Source of the DNA: Phyllobates terribilis
Taxonomy: Eukaryota
Assembly: GCF_046119375.1 (NCBI RefSeq)
Contig: NW_027362771.1
Location: forward strand, 580,878,001-580,942,000
Reading direction: 5' to 3'
Length of the DNA: 64,000 bases
The notes below the pieces were generated by a model. The model ran no database searches and had not been told where the DNA came from. It saw only the letters and a list, made by a program, of their open reading frames with translations. The position numbers and the translations under genes are program-made. The stretch's first letter is position 1. Each line of letters begins with the position of its first letter. Of this stretch, positions 35,125 through 47,554 are shown in pieces.

Positions 35125-36049
35125 TCTGTGCTGCCAATATCAGGTCAATATAAAAGGGGATATTTTTGTTGTTTTTTTTTTTTTCAACTTTAATGCATGT
35201 GTATATACATTTCTTTTTTTTCATACTATAGCCAAAATCTTTTAGCAGTAAAAAAAAAACCCGCTGCTTTCAGAATTTTTTTTTTTTTTTTTTTTTTGCT
35301 TCGAAAATACATGACAACTACAACGTTATTTGATCAAGTTCAGGCAGGAAGAGAAAAAAAAGTGCATGAGGTTTCTGACGCCTTTTTGCTCTTACTCTAA
35401 AAAGGAGTTTTTAATTTGTATATAAAAAATGCAGCAAAAAGAAAAAGACTACATGTGAACATGGCTTTAAGGGGCATTTACCCTGTAATTGAGTGGAAAG
35501 CCCCCAAGAGTTTGAGGAATTTTTAGATTTGGAAGAATTTCTGCTCGAAAAAAAACTTTATGCCCATGGCCTAATGAGCTCCTTGATGGATTCTCAGTTA
35601 ACTCGTTCTGCAACAAGCAATAGATAACGTAACACAGCAGCAAACTCTAAAGAAAAAAAAATAAAAAAAAAAGTTATAAATAGTGAGACCTAATTGCAAA
35701 AATGAATTTTAGTCCAAAATAATGCAGTAAAAAAAAAAGTGCCCCCCCCCCCCTAAGGTTACTGTCATGAAATTGGAGTCAATAAATGGGCATAGGTCAT
35801 TGGGATCAAAAGCAATGGTGTTTACCCCATACAAACAATAGTAGCCATGCACGTGTGCACCCCTATATGACGTCCCACCTGTGCAAAGCTCTGATCTTCT
35901 CCCTCCTGTGGCTGATAACATAGGACAATAGCTTACACTCAGCCTTTGTTGCTCTCCGTGCGGGTCAGACCCGTCATTACTGATCCACCATTAAACAAGA
36001 AAAGCCGAGAATGAGGGGGACAATGCAGAGAAAAAAGTCACCGCAGCAA

Positions 36050-36210
36050 CCGGAGGCGTCACCGGATTAAGGCGGCTGTGTAATTAATTGCGCTAATTAA
36101 GGGCTTTATAATAAGAGGTTGTGTCCTCGGAGCGGAGAGTCAGGGAGCGGCTGTGGCAGCGGAGTGTGAGGGGCTGCGGCTTTACAGGTAATGCTGGGAA
36201 CTGTAGTTCA
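36050..36210 (+). promoter_or_regulatory. Small CpG-rich promoter-like patch with ZNF143/SBS motif and candidate non-coding exon
   Basis: atgctgggaactgtagt 36191-36207 (reverse complement ACTACAGTTCCCAGCAT); candidate donor CAG|gtaatg at 36187/36188. Confidence 0.4.
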
Positions 36211-38447
36211 GCGTACGGGGGTCTCACAGCTCTCTGAGAGAAAGATGGTGCAGATGGATTTCAACATGTCTGATCGTTCTGTTCAAAGGGAAAAATAGGA
36301 TTGTGGCAGCCGTTTTCTTATCACACCCAATCTGAGAGTTCATGATAATAGGGGTGGGATGCGGGGGGTCAAGAAAATGCCTGTTGGCTGAAGTTTTAGC
36401 TGATGGGTAGGAATGTGCCCCTGCCAATAATTAATGTCCACCCTTACATGTCCACCTCTCATCTGCGTTGTTTCCCATCTTTCCTCGCATCCTGAGTGGT
36501 TCATATATTCGCTGCATTTTTGAGGAGTTGTCCCCGGTTTGGCTTCAGACGTCTCTGTAGATTTTTGTGTGCACCAGTGAGCTCAGGATGAGCAAGTCCT
36601 GGTTAGTTTGTTGAGGGCTTAGTACACTATAGGCAGTCTATGGGGAGGAGGATTACTTTAGGTAAGCAGAAGGTAAAGCTTCGCCCCCTCCCTGCGGCGT
36701 GGTATAAGGAGGTTGTGCATGCAGTATAGCAGTACAGCACTTCCAGGCGGGATTACTCCAGCACAGCGGATTACTCTCTGGCACAGTAGATCCCGCCGTG
36801 TGAATAGCTTGTTGTTCAGCCGTATCTCTCCTCTGATCTGTAGGTGATTATCCAGGTCATGTCTGGACAGGACTGTTTGCTCAGCGCAGTTTATCATGTG
36901 CTGAGCTATCTGTGTAACCAGGTACTTACTGCTGTGTATCAGGAGGAAGGGCCCAAACCAGACCCTAAAAGAGAGAGGGGAAAACTGCCTGTACCAATTC
37001 AGAATAGGGGGTAAAGTTTTAGTCCAATCAGCAGGGGCTTATATTTTAGGTGCACATACCCGAACATCTGTGGGGACTTTTGAGCATTTCTGAGGTCAGA
37101 CCCTGATGTTGGGTAGAGGCCAGGCTCACAGTCTCCATTCTAGGTGTTGGTTGAGCCTGAGGTCATGTGCGGCCAGTCATGTTTTTCCATCAAATTTCCC
37201 AACCACGTCTGTATGACCCTTGTGCACTGGGCACAGTCTTGGGGAACAGAAAAGGGTCTTCCCCCAAACTGTTCCCACAAAGCAGGAAGCTAAAATTATC
37301 CACAATGTCTTGTGCTGAAGAACAAAGGGCCCAATGCCGACTCCTGATAACAAGCCAATAGGGTTATCCTCCTCCACCATCTCTACAGAGGCACAATGCA
37401 GTCAGGGGGTAACGTTCTCCTGGAATCACCAAACCCAGACTCCTCCAGACGCCAGATAGAGAAGTGCGATCAGTCACTGCACAGTACATGTCTCCTCCAA
37501 CGTCCAGTGGTGGCAGCTTTACACCTCTCCATCCAACGCTCGGCATTGTGCTTGGTGATGTATGGCTGCATGCAGCTGCTCGGCCATGAAGCTCCAGGTG
37601 GGGGCGCAGTGTTTGTGCTGATGTTATGCTAGAGGAGGTCTGGACTCTGTAGTTATGGAGTCAGCAGAGCGTCAGTGACTTTTCTGCTGTCTGCTCCTCA
37701 GCACTCGGCCCCCCACTTTGCATCGTTATGCGGTCTCCAATTTGTAGCTGAGTTGCGCTTCCTTCCACTTCTCAATAATATCACTCACAGGTGATGTGGG
37801 AAGATTTAGAAGGGAAGAAATGTAATGAACGGACTTGTTACCCCAGTGGCTCCGATTACAGGATCACGTTGGTATCAGTGAGCTCTGCCCCACCACACGG
37901 CAGATGGCAGGGCGAGGATGCAAATGTTATATACTAGAGGAGCAAGGGGCCGGATGTTATACATCGGGGAAGGGGGTGCAGAGGTTATACACACTGGGGT
38001 GTGAGGGGCCGGATGTTATACACTGGGGGCAAGGGACTGTAGGTTATACACTGGGGGCGAGGGTCCGGAGGTTATACACTGGGGGGTGGGCAATTGACCG
38101 GAGGTTATACACTGGGGGGGGCGAGGGGCCGGATGTTATACACAGGGGGAGAAGGTTATACACTGGGGGGGGGCGAGGGGTCAGATGTTATACACTGGGG
38201 GGGGGCGAGGGACCGGAGGTTATACACTGGGGGGGGCGAGGGACCGGAGGTTATACACTGGGGGGCGAGGGGCCGGAGGTTATACACTGGGGGGGGTGAG
38301 GGGCCAGATGTTATACACTGGGGGGGGGCGAGGGGCCAGATGTTATACACTGGTGGGTGAGGGGCCGGATGTTATACACTTGGGGGTGGGGGGGGGGCAA
38401 GGGGCCGGAGGTTATACAGTGGAGGGGGCGAGGGGCCGGATGTTATA

Positions 38448-40017
38448 CAGTCATGGCCAAAAGTTTTGAGAATGACACCAAAATTATATTTTCACATGAT
38501 CTGCTGGCCTCTGGTTTTTATTAGTGTTTGTCTGATGTTTATATCACATACAGAAATATAATTGCAATCATATTATGAGTACCAATAGGTTATATTGACA
38601 GTTAAAATGAGTTAATGCAGCAAGTCAATATTTGCAGTGTTGCCCCTTCTTCTTCAAGACCTCTGTAATTCTCCCTGGCATGCTCTCAATCAACTTTTGG
38701 ACCAAATCCTGACTGATAGCAGTCCATTCTTGCATAATCAATGCTTGCATTTTGCCAGAATTTGTTGGTTTTTGTTTGTCCACCCGTCTCTTGATGATTG
38801 ACCACAAGTTCTCAATGGGATTAAGATCTGGGGAGTTTCCAGGCCATGGACCCAAAATCTCTATGTTTTGTTCCATGAGCCATTTTGTTATCACCTTTGC
38901 TTTATGGCAAGGTGCTCCATCATGCTGGAAAAGGCATTTTTGGGCGCCAAACTGCTCTTGGACAGTTGGGAGAAGTTGCTCTTGGAGGACATTCTGGTAC
39001 CATTCTTTATTCATGGCTGTGTTTTTAGGCAAGACTGTGAGTGAGCCGATTCCCTTGGCTGAGAAGCAACCCCACACATGAATGGTTTCAGGATGCTTTA
39101 CAGTTGGCATGAGACAAGACTGGTGGTAGCGCTCACCTCTTCTTCTCCGAATAAGCTGTTTTCCAGATGTCCCAAACAATCGAAAAGGGGATTCATCAGA
39201 GAAAATGACTTTGCCCCAGTCCTCAGCAGTCCACTCCCTGTACCTTTTGCAGAATATCAGTCGGTCCCTGATGTTTTTTCTGGAGAGAAGTGGCTTCTTT
39301 GCTGCCCTCCTTGAAACCAGCCCTTGCTCAAAGAGTCTCCTCCTCACAGTGCGTGCAGAAGCACTCACACCAGCCTGCTGCCATTCCTGAGCAAGCTCGG
39401 CACTGCTGGTAGTCCGATCCCGCAGCTGAAACAGTTTTAAGATACGGTCCTGGCGCTTGCTGGTCTTTCTTGGGCGCCCTGGAGCCTTTTTGACAACAAT
39501 GGAAGCTCTCTCCTTGAAGTTCTTGATGATGCGATAGATTGTTGACTGAGGTGCAATCTTTGTAGCTGCGATACTCTTCCCTGTTAGGCCATTTTTGTGC
39601 AGTGCAATGATGGCTGCACGTGTTTCTTTAGAGATAACCATGGTTAACTGAAGAGAAACAATGATACCAAGAACCAGCCTCCTTTTAAAGTGTCCAGTGA
39701 TGTCATTCTTACTTAATCATGACTGATTGATCGCCAGCCCTGTCCTCATCAACACCCACACCTGTGTTAATGGATCAATCACTAAAACGATGTTAGCTGC
39801 TCCTTTTAAGGCAGGACTGCAATGATGTTGAAATGTGTTTTGGGGGTTAAAGTTCATTTTCTGGGCAAATATTGACTTTGCAAGTACAGTAATTGCTGTT
39901 AAGCTGATCACTCTTTGACATTCAGGAGTATATGCAAATTGCCATTACAAAAAATGAAGCAGTAAACTTTGGAAAAACTACTATTTGTCTCATTCTCAAT
40001 ACTTTTGGCCATGACTG
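38448..40017 (-). mobile_element. Apparently intact Tc1/mariner DD35E (Traveler-type) transposon
   Basis: 1570 bp; TA on both sides; 28-bp TIRs cagtcatggccaaaagt(t/a)ttgagaatga with one mismatch; single uninterrupted transposase ORF. Confidence 0.95.
38625..39641 (-). CDS. DD35E transposase, 338 aa, full length
   Basis: N-terminal HTH region, GRPR motif, and catalytic FSDES / QHDGAPCH / PIENLW with 35 residues between the second D and E (counted from codons). Confidence 0.95.
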   Translation of the reverse strand: MVISKETRAAIIALHKNGLTGKSIAATKIAPQSTIYRIIKNFKERASIVVKKAPGRPRKTSKRQDRILKLFQLRDRTTSSAELAQEWQQAGVSASARTVRRRLFEQGLVSRRAAKKPLLSRKNIRDRLIFCKRYREWTAEDWGKVIFSDESPFRLFGTSGKQLIRRRRGERYHQSCLMPTVKHPETIHVWGCFSAKGIGSLTVLPKNTAMNKEWYQNVLQEQLLPTVQEQFGAQKCLFQHDGAPCHKAKVITKWLMEQNIEILGPWPGNSPDLNPIENLWSIIKRRVDKQKPTNSGKMQALIMQEWTAISQDLVQKLIESMPGRITEVLKKKGQHCKY

Positions 40018-40834
40018 TACACTGGGGGGGGGGGGGTGAGGGGCCGGAGGTTATACACTGGGGGGTGAGGGGCCGGAGGTTATACACTGGGGGGGGCGAG
40101 GGGCTGGATGTTATACACTGGGGGGGTGAGGGGCCGGATGTTATACACTGGGGGGGGTGAGGGGCTGGATGTTATACACTGGGGGGGTGAGGGGCTGGAT
40201 GTTATACACTGGGGGGTGAGGGGCCGGATGTTATACACTGGGGGGGGGTGAGGGGCCGGATGTTATACACTGGGGGGGGTGAGGGGCCGGATGTTATACA
40301 CTGGGGGGGGGGGGGGGGGGGCGAGGGGCCGGATGTTATACACTGGGGGGTGAGGGGCTTGATGTTATACACTGGGGGGTGAGATGCTGGATGTACAGAC
40401 ACAACTCTAGGAGCGTCGGACATGTTGGTTGCCTCCAGCTTCCCAGAAGCAGATGGAAGTTATAACCTTGTGGCCAGAATGGCTTCTGTCTCTGGGGGGC
40501 AGCACTTTGTGACACTCACATATTACACTACTTTTCCTGGCAGATGGGTTCTGTCTTTTCCCATGTTTTCGTGCCTCCTTTCTCGTGCCCTGGTTACCCT
40601 TTGTGGTCCCAGGCTTCACCCTTTGTGGTCCGGGCTTTCCCCTGTGAATGGAGCGCGCCCTCACCGGAGCCGCTCGACTCTATTTATTGACATAAAGGCT
40701 TAGTTGTCAGAGCGCAGGTGACACATGACAGATTCTCCTCGTCCAGGTACACACAGCGCAGTATTTACCAGGAGCCGTGTCTCCAACACAACGCCGCTGT
40801 GCCGCTGCTGGAGAGGGGAGCACCACCGGCCACC

Positions 40835-40921
40835 ATGGCATCCAAGACCAGTGGGAAGAGGGCCTCTGTGGCCAGCGTGCGGATCAGCCTGGACAACGCC
40901 GACAAAGCGGGACAGAAAATG
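40835..40921 (+). CDS. Tctex-1 domain (DYNLT-family) gene, coding exon 1
   Basis: gccaccATGG Kozak; MASKTSGKRASVASVRISLDNADKAGQKM|gtaaag; 87 nt, phase 0. Confidence 0.7.
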
Positions 40922-41394
40922 GTAAAGTGTGTGACTGAGCTGTAGCATTATAATGTCTGCTGTAGAGTTATAAGCTTATTATATCGCTGATTGCAGCACA
41001 ACCGCAATGAGTAAGTCGGACATTCGTGGTCTGATGTGCGGCCGGGGGTCTCCTGTTCCAAGCTCAACAGTATAATTTGGGGTCAGGAGGGAGACCCCCG
41101 GCCGGCTCAGCCTTGACGCTCCATATTTAGACCATGAATTGTGCTGCAGTTTGCTGGAGCCACATTATATCATGAGACTGAACACAGCACTGACCTTATT
41201 ACACAGACTGGAGCATTATAGCCATATATCAGGTCTGCGGTGAGCGCTGCACTATTATCACCCTATAACACAGAACCAAAACCGAGGTGATAAAGAGGTA
41301 GTGTGTAATAACATTATTACAGGCGTGACGTTATACAGAAGCACAGAGGAGACTATAGGCTCGTACAATGTAATACTGTAGTGTGGGGGGGTAA

Positions 41395-44115
41395 TTAAGT
41401 CAATTAATTTTCCTGAGGGGCCACACTAATAGGCTGAAATAAATTCTGCTCAGTATTAATATTAACATATTAAGTATCACTATTTTATATAATATTAATT
41501 GTATCACTTAATATTGATCAGAATTAAGTATGCTGACATCCCCCTATATACCATATGCCCCGCACACAGCCCACTATATACAGTATGAGCCCCCACACAA
41601 CCCCCTTATATACAGCATGATCCCACACAGACCTCCGATATACAGTATGAGCCCCCACACAGACCTCCGATATACAGTATGAGCCCCCACACACAGCTCC
41701 CCTATATACAGCATGAAACCCCACACAGCCCTCTATTTACATTATGAATCCCCACACAGCCCCCTATATACCATATGAACCTGCACACAGCCCCCCTATA
41801 TACCGTATGAGCCAAAACACAGCCCCCTACATACAGTATGAATCCCCACACAGCCCCCTATATACAGTCCTGCTCATCGTTATTGGCACCCATGAAGTTT
41901 AAGTGCATAATAAAGTTAAACAGTTTTTTGGATAGAGACTTGTGTTAAATACAAAAGAGCAAATGATAAACAATAATTTAAAACAAAAAAACAATTGGAG
42001 GGACAAATAGAGAAACCTAAAGCTTACTAGGATACTGGTATTGGCCCCCTTTACATTCATTTAGTATGGAAACACATTTTGACTCGCCTGTAGTAAATCA
42101 CAAAAGAGATTCACCTGTGATTAATTGTCGGTATCAATGTGACATGAATTAGCCAATGAATGATAACTTCAGTGTTTTAATAAGCCACATGGTAGGCCAT
42201 GTTCCTTTGTCACAATGGTGAAGACAAAGGAGCTCTCTGAAGACATCAGAACTGCTATTATTAGCAAACACAAGACTTCCAAAGGGTACAAGGCCATCTC
42301 CAAAGACCTTGGTATCCAAGTTTCAACAGTGCTCAATGTTATTAAGAAGTTTGCCAAGCATGGAACCATCAAGAACCTCCCTGTACATGGGGGGAAGAGG
42401 AAAATTGACAAGAGATGTCTTTGAAGGTTGGTGCGAATGGTGGAAAAAAACACAACGTTATACCTGGAACAGTTTGGGGTCATGGTTTCAACAAGTACGA
42501 TACGCCACACACTAAACCAAGCAGAAGCTTTATGAGCAAATGCCAAGGAAGAAACCATTGCTGAAGAAAAGACATAAAAAGGAACGACTGATCTTTGCCA
42601 AAGAGTAACTTGACAAACCACAATCCTTCTGGGAAAATGTTCTGTGGACAGATGAAACAAAAATAGAGCTTTTTGGCAATGCAAAGTTTGCTTACAGACA
42701 GCACAATGAAGCTTATAAGGAAAAGAACACCTTACCAACAGTTAAGCATGTTAGAAGATCCATAATGCTGTGGGGTTGCTTTGCTGTGTCTGGTAGTGGA
42801 GGCCTTGACCTTATCACAGAAATCATGAAATCAGAGAATTAGCAAGAGATTTTAGATAAAAATGTCCTACCCAGTGTAAGGTTTAAGTTGAAGATCATGG
42901 TTGAAAAAGAAAAAATGGACTGTTTTAAAATGGCCAGCAATAAGTCCTGACCTCAATCCCATTGAAAATCTTTGGGGTGAGCTGAAATCTGCCATTGGGA
43001 AAAAGAACCCTGCAAACATTCAAGAGCTTGAACAAACTGCAAAGGAAGAGTGGGGGGAAATTCCAGCTGAGAAGAGCAAGAAGCTTATAGATGGCTACAA
43101 AAAATGTCTGGAGGCTGTCAGCAATGCCAAAGGGTGTGCAAACAAGTATTCATTAGGGGGGCAACCAAGTATTCATTAGGGGGCCTTTATTGCTGCACAT
43201 GCTGTTTATTCTGTTTCTTCTTTGTTTTTCAACTTCCAGGTTGCAATTTCAATGTTTTATTGTGGTATTACTTTGGGCCACTAATTAAAAAATCCTGAGG
43301 ATATAACTTTGGTACATTTCCATTTATTTCTGAAAATATTGTACATTCTATGAAAAAATGAAGGGGTGCCAATAATGGAGAACAGCATGAGCCTACACAG
43401 CCCTACTATATACAGTATGAGCCCCAACACATAGCTCCCCTATATACAATGAAACCCCCCTATATACAGCATGAGTTCCCACATTGCCCCCTATATACAG
43501 AATGATCTCCCATATAGACTCCTACATACAGTATGAGCTCCCACATAGCCTCCTATATACAGTATGAGCTCCCACATAGCCCCCCTATATACAGTATGAG
43601 CTCCCACATAGCCCCCTATATACAGTATGAGCTCCCACATTGCCCCTATATACAGTATGAGCTCCCACATAGCCCCTATATATAGTATGAGCTCCTACAT
43701 AGCCCCCTATATACAGTATGAGCCCCCACATAGCCCCACTATAGAGTATGAGCTCCTACATAGCGCCCTATATACAGTATGAGCCCCCACATAGCCCCAC
43801 TAAGCCCCCTATACACAGTATCTGGCCACACATATTAGAAAAAAAACATATACCTCTCTCCTGTTCCCCGGGCGCTCTGCTCCTGTCTTTTCTGTGCGCA
43901 CTGACGCTCCGCACGGCAGATGAGAGACGAGATGCAGTGACGTCATGGCATCTGCTGTTGCACACACTGAATAGTGGAAGAAGGATTTAGCGGCTCCCTC
44001 ATCCTCCATTATATTCACTACTAACTAACTGCATCTAGAGGATGGAGACAGCAGTGAAATCGGGACGTCGGGGTGGGGAAAGCGGCTGCAAGGTGCGGCC
44101 CGTGGGCCAGAATAA
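41395..44115. mobile_element. hAT-like MITE remnant carrying a ~31-bp minisatellite (cccccacacagccccctatatacagtatgag; 41540-41864 and 43385-43820)
   Basis: Ends ...ttttcctgagggggccacac and gcggcccgtgggccagaa resemble hAT subtermini; the repeat units are directly visible. Confidence 0.55.
41865..43382 (+). mobile_element. Degraded Tc1 transposon inserted into the minisatellite
   Basis: TA-cagtcctgctcatcgttattggcaccc / ggggtgccaataa ends; transposase from ATG 42215 (MVKTKELSEDIR) to ~43150 (WPAISPDLNPIENLW), with stops and deletions. Confidence 0.88.
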
Positions 44116-44190
44116 GCAACGTATGATTATATTGCACCCGGGACTTCTGAGCGAGTATATATAATAATGCCGCACTTCTCCCATGTGCAG

Positions 44191-44295
44191 CCTATGAGGA
44201 GTAAGCCCTTCCTGGGCAATGTGTCCATCAGTAATCAAGCATCGTGGAGTCTTACTGGTCTGCTCGCTGCCCAAAGGATGACCAAGAACCTGAAG
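44191..44295 (+). CDS. Tctex-1 domain gene, coding exon 2
   Basis: gtgcag|CCT...AAG|gtaagt; 105 nt, phase 0/0; PMRSKPFLGNVSISNQASWSLTGLLAAQRMTKNLK. Confidence 0.72.
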
Positions 44296-44309
44296 GTAAG
44301 TTCTATGCC

Positions 44310-44348
<39 letters not shown>

Positions 44349-46049
44349 GTGTGTGATACAAGGCTATAATCATCCTCTATTAGCCAAGGAATAGCTATAG
44401 TGTCTCTCACTCTGGAGGATCTGGCATGTCCATGTATTATTGCTGAGGGAATAAATTGCTGAGACTTCTGCTTTAAAGAGGAACTAAACTTTTTTTATTA
44501 TTATATTTTTTATTTTATTTTTAATAATTGTATCCGTCATCCGTCGTTATGAAACTTTACATATCACTTTTATTAGTAGATTTTTCTTAATTTCAGTGAA
44601 AAAAAAAATTGGATGTGTCTTCCAAACCCTTGTTTTTGCCCAGTCTATGTGCTTGCCTTCAGCTGCATGGACGTACTCATTTGGAGTACAGATGATGGCA
44701 GTGATAGGTCACTACCTCTGGGGGAGAAGCTCAGAGGAGGAGACAGTTGCTGACCCATCACTGCCATCATCTGTACTCCAAATGAGATATCAGTGCAGCT
44801 GAATGCAGACAAATAGGGGAAAAGTTGGATTTGGCAGCCACTTACATTTATTTGTTATTTTTTTTTTACTGAAATGAAGACAAATCCCCTAATAAAAGTA
44901 ATGTGCAAAGTTACATAACCTTCCATGCTGCACAAAATGATTAAAACAAAGTTTAGTTACTGTTTAAAACTTTCACAACTTTTCTACAACTTTTTTTTTT
45001 TAATAGATTCTATGTAATGCTTTATTTCCCCTCTGGGGGTGCTGCAGGGAAGATGAGCACTTCCTGCTAAGTTATCCTACCAATTTGAGCTGATCATTGG
45101 AGGTCGCAGTAAAAAAAAAAAAAAAAGGTATATGGATTGGAAGGTCAGTGCCACAGTTGGAAGGTTTGGTATTCTGGTCATGAACCAGGATGATTTGGAT
45201 GAACTTGTGATACAAGGGAGTAATTTGGCCGGCAGTCATGAGGGCTCTGTCCGGCAATGAGTGACGGGCTGTGTCTCCAAATTGGTCAGAGAGAACAAAG
45301 TATAAGGTTTTATTTTACACTATGAATATTTAGATATTTTGTAATACCACTATTAACCAGTAGGGGTCAGCACTTATTCACGCCACTGCCTAGAAAGAGT
45401 TCATTTTTTCCATAGCTACATTATGTAGCAGTGGAGACAGCGACACCTGCAGGCTATAAAAGGGAAATAATAAAAGGAATACACTGTATATTATCATACA
45501 AAAGTGCTTACTGCAGATAAATGACGGACTGCGGCTTCAGATATTCATGAGATAATGGGCAGCATGATGGCGGACCTCTGCAGGGGGAGCTGCGTTCATC
45601 TACAGGAGTGATTATGGAACCAGTCCTGGAGTCCGGTCCATATTCACTGCTCTGTGCCCACATCTCATTTTATCTGCACTAAAACATATTCCCTGGTACT
45701 GTGTATAGGGGCCATGCAGGTTGACTATTTATAGAAGCACTGTTTATAGGGGTATATTGGGTTATTCTCTATCTGACACTATCAGGCATATGGGCACTGC
45801 ATGTGTAATCACTCTCAGACTGACACTGATTATGGGGACATTCTCTGCTTTGTATTCTTAATATCAGCAGTCTTTGGCTACCAACAGTTTATAGGGACAA
45901 TTCCTGTCTGGCAATGTTTATAGGGAAACATTAGCATTGGCGGTCAATCTCAGACTGGCACTTTTTTAGTGAGATACTGTGTATGTCCTTGCTCTCAGTC
46001 TAGCACTGTTTATAGGGACAGCCTGGATGACTCTCAGACTATTTAGAGG

Positions 46050-46600
46050 GAAATATTGACACTGCTTATGTGATCACTCTGTCTGACACTGGTTATAGGG
46101 GCACATTGGCATTGCTTATGTGATCACTCTGTCTGACACTGGTTATAGGGTTACTCTGCCATTGCTTATGTGATCACTCTCTGTCTGACACTGGTTATAG
46201 GGTTACTCACCCATTGCTTATGTGATCACTCTGACACTGGTTATAGTGTGACTCTGTCATTGCTTATTTGATCACTCTCTGACACTGGTTATAGGGTTAC
46301 TCTGCCATTGCTTATGTGATCACTCTCTGGCTGACACTGGTTATAGGGTTACTCTGTCATTGCTTATGTGATCACTCTCTGTATAGCACTTATTATAGGG
46401 GGTACTTTGATACTCATTATGTGATCTCTCTTTGTCTGACGCTGGTTATAGGGGCATTTTGGACCTGCTTATGTGATCACAGTGAGGCTGGAGGGGCACT
46501 GCTTATATCATCACTCTGTCTGAAACTGGTTATAGGGCATTATAGCACTGCTTACGTGATTACTCTCAGGCTGACACTGATTAGAGGGGCACTCTTAGAC
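46050..46600 (+). repeat. About 50-bp minisatellite (gcttatgtgatcactctctgtctgacactggttatagggttactctgccatt)
   Basis: Direct repeats visible, degenerating outward. Confidence 0.88.
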
Positions 46601-46882
46601 TGGCACTTTGCTTTCTATCTGCCATTCTTTATAGTAATACCCCTTTGCTGGCACTATTAGCGATGGCACTTTTAATGTGGACGAGTTTACGAGCACTCTT
46701 AATTGGCACACTTTGTGGCTGGCACTGTATCTAGGAGCACTGAGTCCAGCACTGTTTATGGGGGTGACCTCAGCTGTGTAAATGTAGGTGCCATGCTGTA
46801 GTCAATGGCTTCTTTGAGCTTAAATCTCCCTGTTCTTGATGATGGCAGCCATGTTGTTCTCATCCCCTTGTGTCTCGGTTAG

Positions 46883-46939
46883 GAGAGACGAGCCCAGAAG
46901 GTGGCGCTGGTGAAGAAGATTGAAATAGTAGAACCGCAG
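46883..46939 (+). CDS. Tctex-1 domain gene, coding exon 3
   Basis: ttag|GAG...CAG|gtgagt; 57 nt, phase 0/0; ERRAQKVALVKKIEIVEPQ. Confidence 0.72.
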
Positions 46940-47554
46940 GTGAGTGCCGCCATCTTGCCCATTGGGCAACATAGCAGAAAGAAACGATCTCCAGGGTGGC
47001 AGGGGCGCCGTTTTCGATCATGGTCAGGGGTAGAAATTATATATACTGTATACCCTCGAAGACACCAGATGTGGCCCCCACCTATGAATTCCTCATAGAC
47101 CTCCTCTCAGATCGGTCACTTTCCTCCTTCCGGGTGATATACATACGTGTGTTGAGAACGCCTCGATGGCGGCTGACATTGTATACGCGGCACAGCTCCC
47201 GGGCCCATGCTGTCGTTGGCATGGCGACAAGATTTGCCATCGTTCTGAGTTCTGCAGTGCAAAAGCAGAAACTCAGAACTTCATCAAATTCTGTAGTCAT
47301 GGCAACAATAGCACGTAACCGGGTGACATTTTTTTTTTTTTTTGCAGTTCTGAAGTAAAGCAAACATTTAAATTTTACTTAAAGGGCCCATTTATTACAT
47401 AAGAGGTCATTTCTCCCAAAATAATGAATGCTTTTTCTTAACGCCCTGCTGAACCGAAGAAATATGGATATTTATAGATCTCTGATCAGTCCACTCTCCT
47501 AGCATTTGTAATGCTACTTACTCAGGGTTGGTGGCAAAAAAACAGGGGAAGAGA

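Larger units (their letters stand above)
37925..40385 (+). repeat. About 30-bp G-rich minisatellite (gttatacactggggggggcgaggggccgga) split by the Traveler element
   Basis: Units at 37925-38447 and 40018-40385. Confidence 0.93.
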
